Positions 25,150-34,246 of a stretch of DNA of 64,000 nucleotides are shown here, in pieces (position 1 is the first letter of the stretch; every line of letters begins with the position of its first letter). Below the pieces are notes generated by a model. That model had not been told where the DNA came from. It searched no databases and was given only the letters and a program-made list of their open reading frames with translations. Position numbers and translations under genes: made by a program. This DNA comes from Christensenellaceae bacterium (GTDB lineage: Bacteria > Bacillota > Clostridia > Christensenellales > Borkfalkiaceae), in NCBI GenBank assembly GCA_045648085.1, contig JAZRNF010000084.1, forward strand, positions 489-64,488, written 5' to 3'.

Positions 25150-27036
25150 ATGATAGATAAATTAGTTGAATTAAATTACAAGTTTACTGGGCTTAGCGGT
25201 CCTTTTGCATTATACGGCTCTTTTGGTATAATTGACGGTGACGCTAAGTCGCTTAAAAATTTACAGGAATTAGAAAACGCCTTTATCTACGAAACTAACG
25301 AGTTTAAGGTGGTTTGCGAATATAAAATAGAAAATGACGGCATTGTCGTAAGGGAAGATAAGTTTATAAATAAAAGCAATAAGCCATTAGTTATAAACAA
25401 ATACGTGTCAAGATTTTTCTTGCCTTTTTACGATGCAGACGTTTATACTCAATATAGCAGTTGGCAAAACGAAAGCGATGGAGCGTGGCAAAAATTAGTA
25501 AATACCGTGTCTTGCTCTAACGCGGGTATTAGAACTACTGACGGGGCAACCCCTATGACTGCAATTTTAGATAATCAAACGGGTAAGACTAAGGTGTTCC
25601 ACTTATTTCCGAATAGTTCGTGGAAAATTGCCGTAAGAAAAAAGCCATACTATGGCAAAGAGAGTAATATCTTAGTTGAAATTGGCATAAATAACGATAA
25701 TCCGCTTGCCCTTACAGTTGAGCCGTATGAGACTATTGAGTTTGGTAAAATCGTTTATTTTGACGTTCATAATAAAGTTGATTTTGACGCTTACAAGTTG
25801 CACAAATACTACAATTTAAAATATCCTAGAAAAGAGTTGCCAATACTCTATAACAGTTGGCTTTCTAACTTTTTTGAACTTGATTTTGACGAGACTATTA
25901 AGCAAATTGATAGGGCTAAATATTTAGGCTTTGAATATTTTGTTATTGACTGTGGTTGGTACGGCGACGGCGAAGTTTTCTTTGAAAACGTAGGTAGGTG
26001 GTACGAAAGCGAGAATTACGGATATAAAGGTAGACTTCAAGAGATTGCTAATTACGTTAACTTAAGCGGTATGAAGTTTGGTTTGTGGTTTGAACTAGAA
26101 AGGGCGTATGAAGGCGTAGAAAGTGTAAAAAATCATCCTGAATACTACTTGTCGTCAGGTGATGGAGATTACTTTTTAAATTTTGGTGACGATAAGGCAC
26201 GTAATTTTATTTTTGAAGAAGTTTGCAAGGTTATAGATAAATATAATTTAGGTTTTATGAAGTTTGACTTTAATAGAACTATTTCGTTTGATGCGACAAG
26301 TCAAGGTTTTTATAGATACCAAAACGGATATAAAAAGTTTATTCAAATGATTAAAGATAAATATTCTAATATGTATATCACTTCTTGTGCAGGCGGAGGA
26401 AATAGACTTGAACTAGAGCAGTTATCATATATGGATAGCGCTTGGTTTTCAGACAATAACGGTCAACTTGAGGGGCTTGATATTTTAAAGAAATGTATCT
26501 TTAGATTGCCAAGTTCCGTTATAGAAAGATGGGGTGTGTATACTTTTTCTTCGCCCATTCCTAAAATTTTACAAAAGGAAAATCATACCGTTCCACTTAT
26601 TTGCAACAACGCATCTTGGGAAAATTTAGCAACTGTTAGCGAAGACTATATATTCTCATTTTTAACAGGCGGTCCGTTTGGGCTTAGTTGTAATTTGCTT
26701 AATTTACCTAGCGAGCATGTTGAAAAACTTAAAAATTATATATCTTTATATAAAGAGCAAAGAGAGTTTTACAAAAGTGCTAACGTGCGCGTTATTATTG
26801 ACGATAAAAACATTGTTGCTTTTGAGTATTTTGACAACGATTTTAATAACATAGTTATTAAAGTGTTTACTAAAAATATTAATCAAACAAGAATTACAAT
26901 TTATCCGTTTATGGATAAAAACGCCAAGTATAGTTATGACGAAAAAATTTTTACAGCAAGCGAACTAGATATGGGCATTGTGCTTAAAGAACTTACTGAC
27001 TTTAACGTTAAAACCATTGAACTTAAAAAAGTATAA
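25150..27036 (+). CDS. GH36-like glycoside hydrolase (alpha-galactosidase family)
   Basis: DCGWYGD, nucleophile-type KFDFN, and SCAGGGNR resembling the GH36 CxGGGxR motif. SD agaggtg precedes ATG 25150. Confidence 0.6.
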   Translation: MIDKLVELNYKFTGLSGPFALYGSFGIIDGDAKSLKNLQELENAFIYETNEFKVVCEYKIENDGIVVREDKFINKSNKPLVINKYVSRFFLPFYDADVYTQYSSWQNESDGAWQKLVNTVSCSNAGIRTTDGATPMTAILDNQTGKTKVFHLFPNSSWKIAVRKKPYYGKESNILVEIGINNDNPLALTVEPYETIEFGKIVYFDVHNKVDFDAYKLHKYYNLKYPRKELPILYNSWLSNFFELDFDETIKQIDRAKYLGFEYFVIDCGWYGDGEVFFENVGRWYESENYGYKGRLQEIANYVNLSGMKFGLWFELERAYEGVESVKNHPEYYLSSGDGDYFLNFGDDKARNFIFEEVCKVIDKYNLGFMKFDFNRTISFDATSQGFYRYQNGYKKFIQMIKDKYSNMYITSCAGGGNRLELEQLSYMDSAWFSDNNGQLEGLDILKKCIFRLPSSVIERWGVYTFSSPIPKILQKENHTVPLICNNASWENLATVSEDYIFSFLTGGPFGLSCNLLNLPSEHVEKLKNYISLYKEQREFYKSANVRVIIDDKNIVAFEYFDNDFNNIVIKVFTKNINQTRITIYPFMDKNAKYSYDEKIFTASELDMGIVLKELTDFNVKTIELKKV

Positions 27037-27086
27037 TTATGAATAAATTACCACTTTTTATTATATGATAATAGTGGTAATTTTTT

Positions 27087-27377
27087 ATGCTTATTAGTTT
27101 TTTAGAACTTAAAAAGAAAGACGTTATAGATATATCAACTGGTAAAAATTTAGGGAAAATTATAAACCTATTTATCAATGAGGCTACTTGGCAAATAGAA
27201 AAAATAATAGTCTCTAATAAAGGGTCTTGTTTTTTATCTAATCAAAATATTGAAATAGACTATAAGTGTATAACTAAAATAGGTCAAGATAGCATTTTGT
27301 ATAAGCCTTGTAAAGGAAAAATTAACGATTGTTGTAAAGAAAACGATATACAAATAATTGACTGCGAAGACGAATGA
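27087..27377 (+). CDS. ylmC: YlmC/YmxH-family (PRC-barrel) sporulation protein with a Cys-rich tail
   Basis: FLELKKKDVIDISTGKNLGKI is typical of YlmC/YmxH. The C-terminal roughly 25 aa contain 5 Cys. Confidence 0.65.
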   Translation: MLISFLELKKKDVIDISTGKNLGKIINLFINEATWQIEKIIVSNKGSCFLSNQNIEIDYKCITKIGQDSILYKPCKGKINDCCKENDIQIIDCEDE

Positions 27378-27388
27378 TATAAATTTAC

Positions 27389-27420
27389 GGCGTACCTTAA
27401 CAGGTACGTCTTTTATTTTT
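27389..27420 (+). terminator. Terminator after ylmC
   Basis: Stem ggcgtacct / aggtacgtc (one G-U pair) followed by ttttattttt. Confidence 0.7.
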
Positions 27421-27448
27421 TTAGTTTTTTTAATATTACTATAAACAC

Positions 27449-27477
27449 TTGAAAATTTTTTAAGATTGTTGTACAAT
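27449..27477 (+). promoter_or_regulatory. Sigma-A-type promoter (TTGAAA, 17 nt, TACAAT) ending 6 nt before ATG 27484
   Basis: -35 at 27449-27454 and -10 at 27472-27477. There is no SD before the ATG. Confidence 0.55.
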
Positions 27478-27483
27478 GCTATT

Positions 27484-28377
27484 ATGAAAAAAAGTAATGA
27501 AACAAAAAGCCAAACAAGACTTATTGCTTGTGACAGCAATATAATTTTTGACGTATTAGTGATTTTAATGCTACTATTTTCGCTAATATACGGCTATATT
27601 AGTTCAAGTAAAAACGTAGACCCAAGTTCGGTGGTAGTAAAAACTTTATCTTATCTATGTGCACCGCTATCGGTTATAGTTGCAATTTCACTTTTATCGG
27701 TAAGAAAAAGATATAACGTTTTTATAGAACTTACGTGCGAAAAAGAAGATAAAATTACCCTTTTAGCAACTTTACTAATAACTGTTGGTATGATTTTCGG
27801 CTTATCGGAATTAAATAGTAAATTTGTAGAGTTTTTAAATCTTTTAGGGCTTAAAAGTCAAGAAATAGTTTTACCTAAAAAGTCAACGTTAAGCGTAATT
27901 ATGGTAATAGTTTTCGTTTGTATATTACCGTCTGTTTGCGAAGAAATGATATTTAGGGGAATAATCGTAAAAAGTTTAAAGTCAACTGGTGAAGTGTTTG
28001 CTATCATTTTATCAGGGTTAATGTTTTCGCTATTTCATATGTCCGCCCAACAAACTATATATCAGTTTATAGTAGGTGCGTTATACGCCTTTATAGTTTT
28101 AAGGGGTGGCAGTTGGGTTTTGACTACTATATCTCACTTTATAAACAACTTTTTTATTATTATAAACTATTACTTTTTATCATTTTACCCTATGGGTATT
28201 TTAAAATATTTACTTATCGTAATGGGTTTAATTTCTCTATTGGCAGGTGTATATCTCTTATATAAAAACAAAAAAGAAATCAAGGTTTTAGAGAGTAAAA
28301 AAGACGCCTTTTTAGGTGTTCCAATAGGTCTTATAGCCTGCGTTATTATGTGGGTTGCAGGTTTGGTGTTAGCATGA
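27484..28377 (+). CDS. CPBP-family intramembrane glutamic endopeptidase (CAAX protease-like)
   Basis: EEMIFRG, FSLFH and HFINN motifs in a polytopic membrane protein. Confidence 0.8.
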   Translation: MKKSNETKSQTRLIACDSNIIFDVLVILMLLFSLIYGYISSSKNVDPSSVVVKTLSYLCAPLSVIVAISLLSVRKRYNVFIELTCEKEDKITLLATLLITVGMIFGLSELNSKFVEFLNLLGLKSQEIVLPKKSTLSVIMVIVFVCILPSVCEEMIFRGIIVKSLKSTGEVFAIILSGLMFSLFHMSAQQTIYQFIVGALYAFIVLRGGSWVLTTISHFINNFFIIINYYFLSFYPMGILKYLLIVMGLISLLAGVYLLYKNKKEIKVLESKKDAFLGVPIGLIACVIMWVAGLVLA

Positions 28378-28847
28378 TAAAAGTTAGAGTCGTTGCCGTA
28401 GGCAAAGTAAAAGAAAAATATTTTTTAGACGCTATAAATGAGTATGAAAAAAGGCTGTCTAAATATTCCGAATTTAAAATTATTGAAGTAAAGGAAGAAA
28501 ACTTTATTCAAGAGCCAAACTCTTCTCAAATTCAAGAAATTTTAAAAAAGGAAAGCGCTAATATTAAAAAGGAATTAAAAGGCTACGTTATCGCTTGTTG
28601 CATAGAAGGCAAAAAGTTTGATTCGGTTGCCTTTTCAAAACAAATTAGCCAAATAAAGAGCACTAATAGTGAGATAACTTTCGTAATAGGTGGCTCTTAC
28701 GGTCTTAGCGATGAAATTAAGGGTATGGCTAACCTAAAAATGTCGGTATCCGATATGACTTTTCCACACACGCTATTTAGGGTTCTTTTAGTAGAGCAAC
28801 TATACCGTGCGTTTTCTATTGAAGCAGAGGGGAAATACCATAAATGA
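28374..28847 (+). CDS. rlmH: 23S rRNA (pseudouridine1915-N3)-methyltransferase RlmH
   Basis: SPOUT family, MIKVRVVAVGKVKEKYF...IGGSYGLS. Its ATG overlaps the upstream TGA (ATGA). The ORF-track start is over-extended. Confidence 0.88.
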   Translation: MIKVRVVAVGKVKEKYFLDAINEYEKRLSKYSEFKIIEVKEENFIQEPNSSQIQEILKKESANIKKELKGYVIACCIEGKKFDSVAFSKQISQIKSTNSEITFVIGGSYGLSDEIKGMANLKMSVSDMTFPHTLFRVLLVEQLYRAFSIEAEGKYHK

Positions 28848-29350
28848 AAATTTTAAACGATACTGAAAAATTTATGAAAATTGCTTTAAAACAAGCAAAA
28901 AATGCCTTTGATATAGGCGAAGTTCCAATAGGTGCTATAATCGTAAAAGACGGCATTGTAATAGCAAAGGCGAAAAATACTAGAAATAAGTCTAAATGTG
29001 CAACAAATCACGCTGAAATTGTGGCGATAAATAAAGCGTGTAAAAAACTTAACGATTGGAGACTTGACGGGGCGGAAATGTACGTCACCTTAGAGCCTTG
29101 CTCAATGTGTGCAGGCGCAATCGTAAACGCTAGAATTAGTAAAGTGTATTTCGGCGCGTATGAAAGAAAGAGCGGGGCAGTATTATCTAACCACCAAATA
29201 CTTTTTAAAAACGGTTTAAATCACGTTTGTGACGTTGAGGGTGGAGTGCTAGAGAAAGAGTGTTCAAGTCTTTTAAAAACTTTTTTTAAAAATAAGCGAA
29301 AAACATCTTTGCCACCCCTTAATTCCCTTGACTTAAACAAAACAATTTAA
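28844..29350 (+). CDS. tadA: tRNA adenosine(34) deaminase TadA
   Basis: HAEIVAI and PCSMCAGAI zinc motifs. Confidence 0.9.
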   Translation: MKILNDTEKFMKIALKQAKNAFDIGEVPIGAIIVKDGIVIAKAKNTRNKSKCATNHAEIVAINKACKKLNDWRLDGAEMYVTLEPCSMCAGAIVNARISKVYFGAYERKSGAVLSNHQILFKNGLNHVCDVEGGVLEKECSSLLKTFFKNKRKTSLPPLNSLDLNKTI

Positions 29351-29400
29351 TAAAATAGATATATAGGCTTCTTGCCATTATTATACTTTTTGGAGGAGTT

Positions 29401-30354
29401 ATGATAACACACAATACAGAGATAAAACTTTTTGCAGGAAACTCTAATAGAGAACTTGCCGAAGCAATCGCTAAAGAACTTAATATGAAATTAAGCAGTG
29501 CTGAAGTTTCAAGATTTAGCGACGGTGAGATAAACGTTCATATTGGCGAAACAGTAAGGGGTAGAGACGTTTTTGTTATTCAATCAACAGGCACACCTGT
29601 AAATGAAAACTTAATGGAATTACTCGTTATGATTGATGCTTTAAAGAGAGCGTCTGCAGGTAGAATTACGGCAGTTATGCCATATTTCGGTTATGCAAGG
29701 CAAGATAGAAAGGCAAGACCAAGAGACCCAATTACTGCAAGACTTGTTGCCGACCTTATTCAAACTGCTGGAGCGGATAGAATTCTTACTATGGACCTTC
29801 ACGCTTTACAAATTCAAGGTTTCTTTGATATTCCAGTTGACCACTTAATCGGCGGTCCGTTATTATACAGATATTTCCAAAACATTGTTGACGATGAATT
29901 CGTTGTCGTATCTCCAGACGTTGGCTCTGTGACTAGGGCTAGAAACGTAGCATCAAAAATGGGTGCACAAATGGCTATTATAGACAAACGTCGTCCAAAG
30001 GCTAACCAACTAGAAGTTATGAACATTATCGGTGATATACAAGGTAAAAAATGCCTTATGGTTGACGATATGATTGATACTGCAGGAACAATTGTTCAAG
30101 GTGCTGAAGCGCTTTATAAAAACGGTGCTAAAGAAATTTACGCTTGTTGCTCACACGCTGTATTCTCAGGTCCTGCTATTGAACGTATTAAAAACTCACA
30201 CATTACTAAACTTGTTGTGTTAGATACAGTCCACCTTCCTGACGAAAAGAAACTTGATAAAATTGAAGTTATTTCTAGCGCTAAATTATTTGCCTTAGCG
30301 ATTGAAAACGTATATCTTGACAGGAAAATGTCTGAAATTTACGAAAACAACTAA
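29401..30354 (+). CDS. prs: Ribose-phosphate pyrophosphokinase
   Basis: GYARQDRK, the DLHA motif and the PRPP-binding loop [10 protein letters not shown]. Confidence 0.93.
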   Translation: MITHNTEIKLFAGNSNRELAEAIAKELNMKLSSAEVSRFSDGEINVHIGETVRGRDVFVIQSTGTPVNENLMELLVMIDALKRASAGRITAVMPYFGYARQDRKARPRDPITARLVADLIQTAGADRILTMDLHALQIQGFFDIPVDHLIGGPLLYRYFQNIVDDEFVVVSPDVGSVTRARNVASKMGAQMAIIDKRRPKANQLEVMNIIGDIQGKKCLMVDDMIDTAGTIVQGAEALYKNGAKEIYACCSHAVFSGPAIERIKNSHITKLVVLDTVHLPDEKKLDKIEVISSAKLFALAIENVYLDRKMSEIYENN

Positions 30355-30365
30355 TAATTTAAAGT

Positions 30366-30393
30366 GGCAGTATAGGAAACTATACTGCTTTTT
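30366..30393 (+). terminator. Terminator of prs
   Basis: Stem gcagtatag / ctatactgc with a gaaa loop and a T-run. Confidence 0.8.
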
Positions 30394-30477
30394 TATGCTT
30401 AAATAGTTTAACTTTAAATAGTCGTTGACAATAATTCTTGTTAGTGATAAACTTATATATAGTTTAAGGAGTGTTTT

Positions 30478-31080
30478 ATGCGTAAAATAGCGGTGTTGTT
30501 ATCAGTATTAGCGGGTATTTTTGTATTTTTAGGTTCAGTCGGTTGCGCAGGCTCTAAAAAATACGACGTTAAATTTATAGTAGACGGTGAAGTTTATAAA
30601 TCGGTAGGAACTAATGGTGACGACGAAATAAAGTTGCCTAAAAACCCAACTCTAGGCGATAAGGTTTTTGAGGGTTGGTTTGTTGATAACGGAACTTTTA
30701 AAGTTGAGTTTACGTCAACTTATTTAATTGAAAACCCTACTGTTAAAGATTTTAACGTTTATGCTAAATTTAAAAATACCCATAAGCATTATTACGAAAT
30801 TAACTACGTTAAAAAAACTTGTACGACCGGTGGGTATAAAGAGTTTAAGTGTAGTTGTGGTAATACCTACCAAGCCGAACACGAACTTGCTTTAGGCCAC
30901 GCTTTAGGCTTATATAAAGAAGTAAAGTCCGCAACTTGTATAAGCGACGGCTCTGAAATAGCAGTTTGTTTAAGGGAAGGTTGCAATCATAGCGTGACAA
31001 GGGTTATTCCTAAGTCAAATAAATTACATAGTTATAATGAAGAAAATAAATGCACTTATTGTGGCGATACGTTAGAATAA
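30478..31080 (+). CDS. Small lipoprotein: one Flg_new-like repeat plus Cys/His modules of the same type as in the giant lipoprotein
   Basis: Signal peptide with a GSVGC lipobox. VFEGWFVDNG. CTTGGYKEFKCSCG..EH; CISDGSEIAVCLREGCNH; HSYNEENKCTYCG. Confidence 0.7.
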   Translation: MRKIAVLLSVLAGIFVFLGSVGCAGSKKYDVKFIVDGEVYKSVGTNGDDEIKLPKNPTLGDKVFEGWFVDNGTFKVEFTSTYLIENPTVKDFNVYAKFKNTHKHYYEINYVKKTCTTGGYKEFKCSCGNTYQAEHELALGHALGLYKEVKSATCISDGSEIAVCLREGCNHSVTRVIPKSNKLHSYNEENKCTYCGDTLE

Positions 31081-31137
31081 TATAAAGTGCCGCTAATTAT
31101 AGTACGGCTAAACAATTTAATACAAATTAAGGGTAAA

Positions 31138-31165
31138 ATCGCTCGCAAAATTGCGGGCGATTTTC
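31138..31165 (+). terminator. Probable terminator
   Basis: Stem atcgctcgcaa / ttgcgggcgat (one wobble pair) followed by a short T-run. Confidence 0.55.
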
Positions 31166-31234
31166 TATTTTATAAACATTATATAAAAAGATATAATTTA
31201 TGGAGTGTTTTATTTAAAAAATAATAAAAAATAG

Positions 31235-31263
31235 TTGACATATATCTAATTGATATATATAAT
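31235..31263 (+). promoter_or_regulatory. Consensus sigma-A promoter (TTGACA, 17 nt, TATAAT) for the regulator-potABCD operon
   Basis: -35 at 31235-31240 and -10 at 31258-31263. Confidence 0.7.
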
Positions 31264-31268
31264 AATCT

Positions 31269-31287
31269 TGTTTAGTTTTATTAAACA
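31269..31287. promoter_or_regulatory. Candidate operator: inverted repeat TGTTTA-N7-TAAACA just downstream of the -10
   Basis: Perfect 6-bp arms at 31269-31274 and 31282-31287. Confidence 0.4.
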
Positions 31288-31319
31288 AAAAGTTTACAGT
31301 CTCTAATCTTGGGGGTTTT

Positions 31320-31853
31320 ATGGTTTTAGGCGATAAAATTAAAGAGTTAAGGCTACAATGTGACTTAACACAAGAAGAATTAGCCAACAGGTGCGAACTT
31401 ACAAAGGGTTATATATCTCAATTAGAAAACGATTTGACAAGCCCGTCTATCGCAACTCTTATAGATATACTTTCCGCACTAGGCGTCACGCTTAAAGATT
31501 TTTTTGCAGAAGAAGAAGAGAAAAAAATTGTCTTTACCGAAAGCGACTTTATTGAAAAGTGTGAAAATGGCAAAGTTTCTAATTGGCTTGTTCCTAACGC
31601 TCAAAAAAATATGATGGAGCCAATGCTTATAGAACTTGAAAAAAATGCGTACACCGAAGAAGATATTCCTCACGAAGGGGAAGAGTTTGGGTACGTTTTA
31701 GAAGGCGAAATAACTATTCACATAGGCAAGAAAAAATACGTTGCTAAAAAAGGTGATAGTTTTTATTATACGGCAGATAAATCTCATTACGTTATAAATA
31801 CTAAAGAAAAAACTGCTAAATTTTTGTGGATATCAACTCCACCAACCTTTTAA
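31320..31853 (+). CDS. XRE-family HTH plus cupin transcriptional regulator (PuuR-like)
   Basis: N-terminal HTH_3 (IKELRLQCDLTQEELANRCELTKGYISQLEN) and a C-terminal cupin (GEEFGYVLEG). Confidence 0.8.
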   Translation: MVLGDKIKELRLQCDLTQEELANRCELTKGYISQLENDLTSPSIATLIDILSALGVTLKDFFAEEEEKKIVFTESDFIEKCENGKVSNWLVPNAQKNMMEPMLIELEKNAYTEEDIPHEGEEFGYVLEGEITIHIGKKKYVAKKGDSFYYTADKSHYVINTKEKTAKFLWISTPPTF

Positions 31854-31874
31854 TTTACATATAGGGGAACGATT

Positions 31875-33389
31875 ATGGAAAAAGTATTAAGTGAACAAAA
31901 AATTATTGAACTTATAGGCGTGTCAAAAGAGTTTGACAACACTCCTGCAGTAAACAACGTAAACTTATACGTTAAAAAGGGTGAGTTTATCACTTTTTTA
32001 GGGCCGTCAGGTTGTGGTAAAACTACTACGCTTAGAATGATTGCGGGGTTTGAACTCCCAACTGAAGGTAAAATTTTATTAAACGGTAAAGATATAACTA
32101 ATTTACCACCGCACAAACGTCCTGTTAATACGGTGTTTCAAAGATATGCACTTTTCCCACACTTAAACGTATATGAAAATATTGCTTACGGATTAAAGTT
32201 GCAAAAATTAAAAGTGACTTATGAAGACTCATTAGGTAATAGAATTGAAAAGATAGAGCATTATACTAAAGACGAAATTACTGAAAAGGTTAAAAAAGCA
32301 TTAAAAATGGTAGACCTTGAAGATTTTGAAAAGAGAAGCGTTACGACTTTGTCTGGTGGTCAACAACAAAGAATAGCGATTGCCCGTGCAATTGTTAACG
32401 AGCCTGAAATTCTTCTTTTAGACGAACCGCTTGGCGCTCTTGACTTAAAAATGAGAAAGGAAATGCAACTTGAACTTAAAGAAATGCACAAAAAGTTAGG
32501 CATTACCTTTATTTACGTCACTCACGACCAAGAAGAAGCGCTTACAATGAGCGATACCGTTGTCGTTATGAAAGACGGTAAAATTCAACAAATAGGCACT
32601 CCTCAAGATATTTATAACGAACCTAAAAACTCTTTCGTTGCAGACTTTATCGGCGAAAGTAATATATTTAGCGGAACTATTGTCGGCGAGCGTAGAGTTC
32701 GCTTTATGAACAAGGTGTTTGACTGTATTGACGACTTTGATAAAAATGAGAAAGTTGACGTTGTAGTTAGACCTGAAGACGTAGAGATTGTAAGCGAAGA
32801 TAACGGTATGGTGACGGGCGTTATATCTTCTTGTATTTTTAAAGGCATGCACTATCAAATGACTTTAATGGTAGGTAGAACGGAAGTTGAAATTCAGTCT
32901 ACTAAAGGTTATGAAGTTGGCAGTAAAGTAGGCATTATAATAGAAGCACAAAATATTCACATAATGCACAAAGAATTCGTATCTAACGTTTACGACGGTT
33001 ATATTACTAAAAACAATACCGTATGCTTTGCCGATGGTGAGTTCCCTTGTGACGTCACTCAATTATACGAAGGCTCTAAGTTAGACGACGATGGTTATTT
33101 AGTTTTAGCAAGCGGAGAAAAGATTGACCTTACCGATACTGACGTTAAGGTTGAAATTGGTCTTAAAGATATAGAAATTATAGACAATGACGAAGACGGT
33201 AATGCTTGTGGCTCAATTATATCTATCGTGTATAAAGGCGACCACTATCAAGTTATTATCCGTACCGACGTTGAAGAAGAAGACTTCGTTTGCGATACCG
33301 AATATACTTGGAACGAAAACGACAGGGTTAGCGTAAAAATTCCTAAAGAAAAAATTAAACTTACTCTTAAACAGGAGAACAAAAGATGA
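31875..33389 (+). CDS. potA: Spermidine/putrescine ABC transporter ATPase PotA, enlarged (504 aa)
   Basis: Walker A GPSGCGKTT, LSGGQQQR and Walker B LLLDEP. It also has an insertion in the helical subdomain and two TOBE-like C-terminal segments. Confidence 0.85.
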   Translation: MEKVLSEQKIIELIGVSKEFDNTPAVNNVNLYVKKGEFITFLGPSGCGKTTTLRMIAGFELPTEGKILLNGKDITNLPPHKRPVNTVFQRYALFPHLNVYENIAYGLKLQKLKVTYEDSLGNRIEKIEHYTKDEITEKVKKALKMVDLEDFEKRSVTTLSGGQQQRIAIARAIVNEPEILLLDEPLGALDLKMRKEMQLELKEMHKKLGITFIYVTHDQEEALTMSDTVVVMKDGKIQQIGTPQDIYNEPKNSFVADFIGESNIFSGTIVGERRVRFMNKVFDCIDDFDKNEKVDVVVRPEDVEIVSEDNGMVTGVISSCIFKGMHYQMTLMVGRTEVEIQSTKGYEVGSKVGIIIEAQNIHIMHKEFVSNVYDGYITKNNTVCFADGEFPCDVTQLYEGSKLDDDGYLVLASGEKIDLTDTDVKVEIGLKDIEIIDNDEDGNACGSIISIVYKGDHYQVIIRTDVEEEDFVCDTEYTWNENDRVSVKIPKEKIKLTLKQENKR

Positions 33390-34246
33390 AAGGTGAAAAA
33401 ATAATATCTAAACAACCTTTTACAAGCGATAACGTTTCAAAGGGTTTGTTTAAATTTTCAAGAAGTCAACTTTGTATACCTTACGGCGTATTTTTGACTG
33501 TTTTTGTAGTGTTTCCTTTACTTTTAGTAGTGTATTACGCTTTTACGTCAAAAACAGGTCAATTTAGTTTTGAAAATTTCGTATCGTTTTTTACTAATTT
33601 AACAACGCTTAGCACATTAATTATAAGTATTTTCGTTAGCGTTTTAGTGACGATTTTATGTTTGCTTATCGCATACCCAGTAGCCTTTATATTATCAAGA
33701 ATGAAAGGTAATATCGCTTTGGTCTTACTTTTGTTGTTTATATTGCCAAGTTGGCTTAACTTCGTACTTAGGGCTATGGCTATGAAAGAGTTGTTGGCAG
33801 TAATAGGGATACCACTTGGTAGCGGTGCAAACGTTATCGGTTTAGTTTACGACTTTATGCCGTTTATGGTAATGCCATTATATTCAACTTTAATTAAAAT
33901 GGATAAAAGTTATGAAGAAGCCGCTTCAGACCTTGGCGCAAGCAAGTCTAAAGTGTTTACGTCAGTTATTCTTCCGCTTTCTAAACCGGGAATTATAAGC
34001 GGTGTCACAATGGTATTTTTACCAGTTATGAGTTGCTACGTTATTACCGATACTTTTAGCGGTAGTACAGGGTTTTCACTCATTGGTAAACTAATTGCTA
34101 AATGTTTCCTTGGCGAAGGCGGTGCACCAATTCAAATAAACGAAGGTGCGGCAATAGCGCTTATAATGCTTGTTATAATGGTCATAACTATGACTTTAAC
34201 GGGTGGCTTTAAAAATGCTGAAAACACTAGGGGGACTAATTTATGA
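33386..34246 (+). CDS. potB: Spermidine/putrescine ABC transporter permease PotB
   Basis: BPD_transp_1 permease with EAA-like loop (EEAASDLGASK). It overlaps potA. Confidence 0.8.
   Translation: MKGEKIISKQPFTSDNVSKGLFKFSRSQLCIPYGVFLTVFVVFPLLLVVYYAFTSKTGQFSFENFVSFFTNLTTLSTLIISIFVSVLVTILCLLIAYPVAFILSRMKGNIALVLLLLFILPSWLNFVLRAMAMKELLAVIGIPLGSGANVIGLVYDFMPFMVMPLYSTLIKMDKSYEEAASDLGASKSKVFTSVILPLSKPGIISGVTMVFLPVMSCYVITDTFSGSTGFSLIGKLIAKCFLGEGGAPIQINEGAAIALIMLVIMVITMTLTGGFKNAENTRGTNL

Noticed and set aside
31198-31216. A degenerate copy (ataatttatggagtgttttatt) of the lipoprotein gene's translation-initiation region (atagtttaaggagtgttttatg at 30458-30480), located 120 nt downstream of that gene. 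It could be a vestige of a lost tandem paralog.
   Set aside because: The similarity covers only about 22 nt with 3 mismatches, and no ORF follows. It could be chance in AT-rich DNA.
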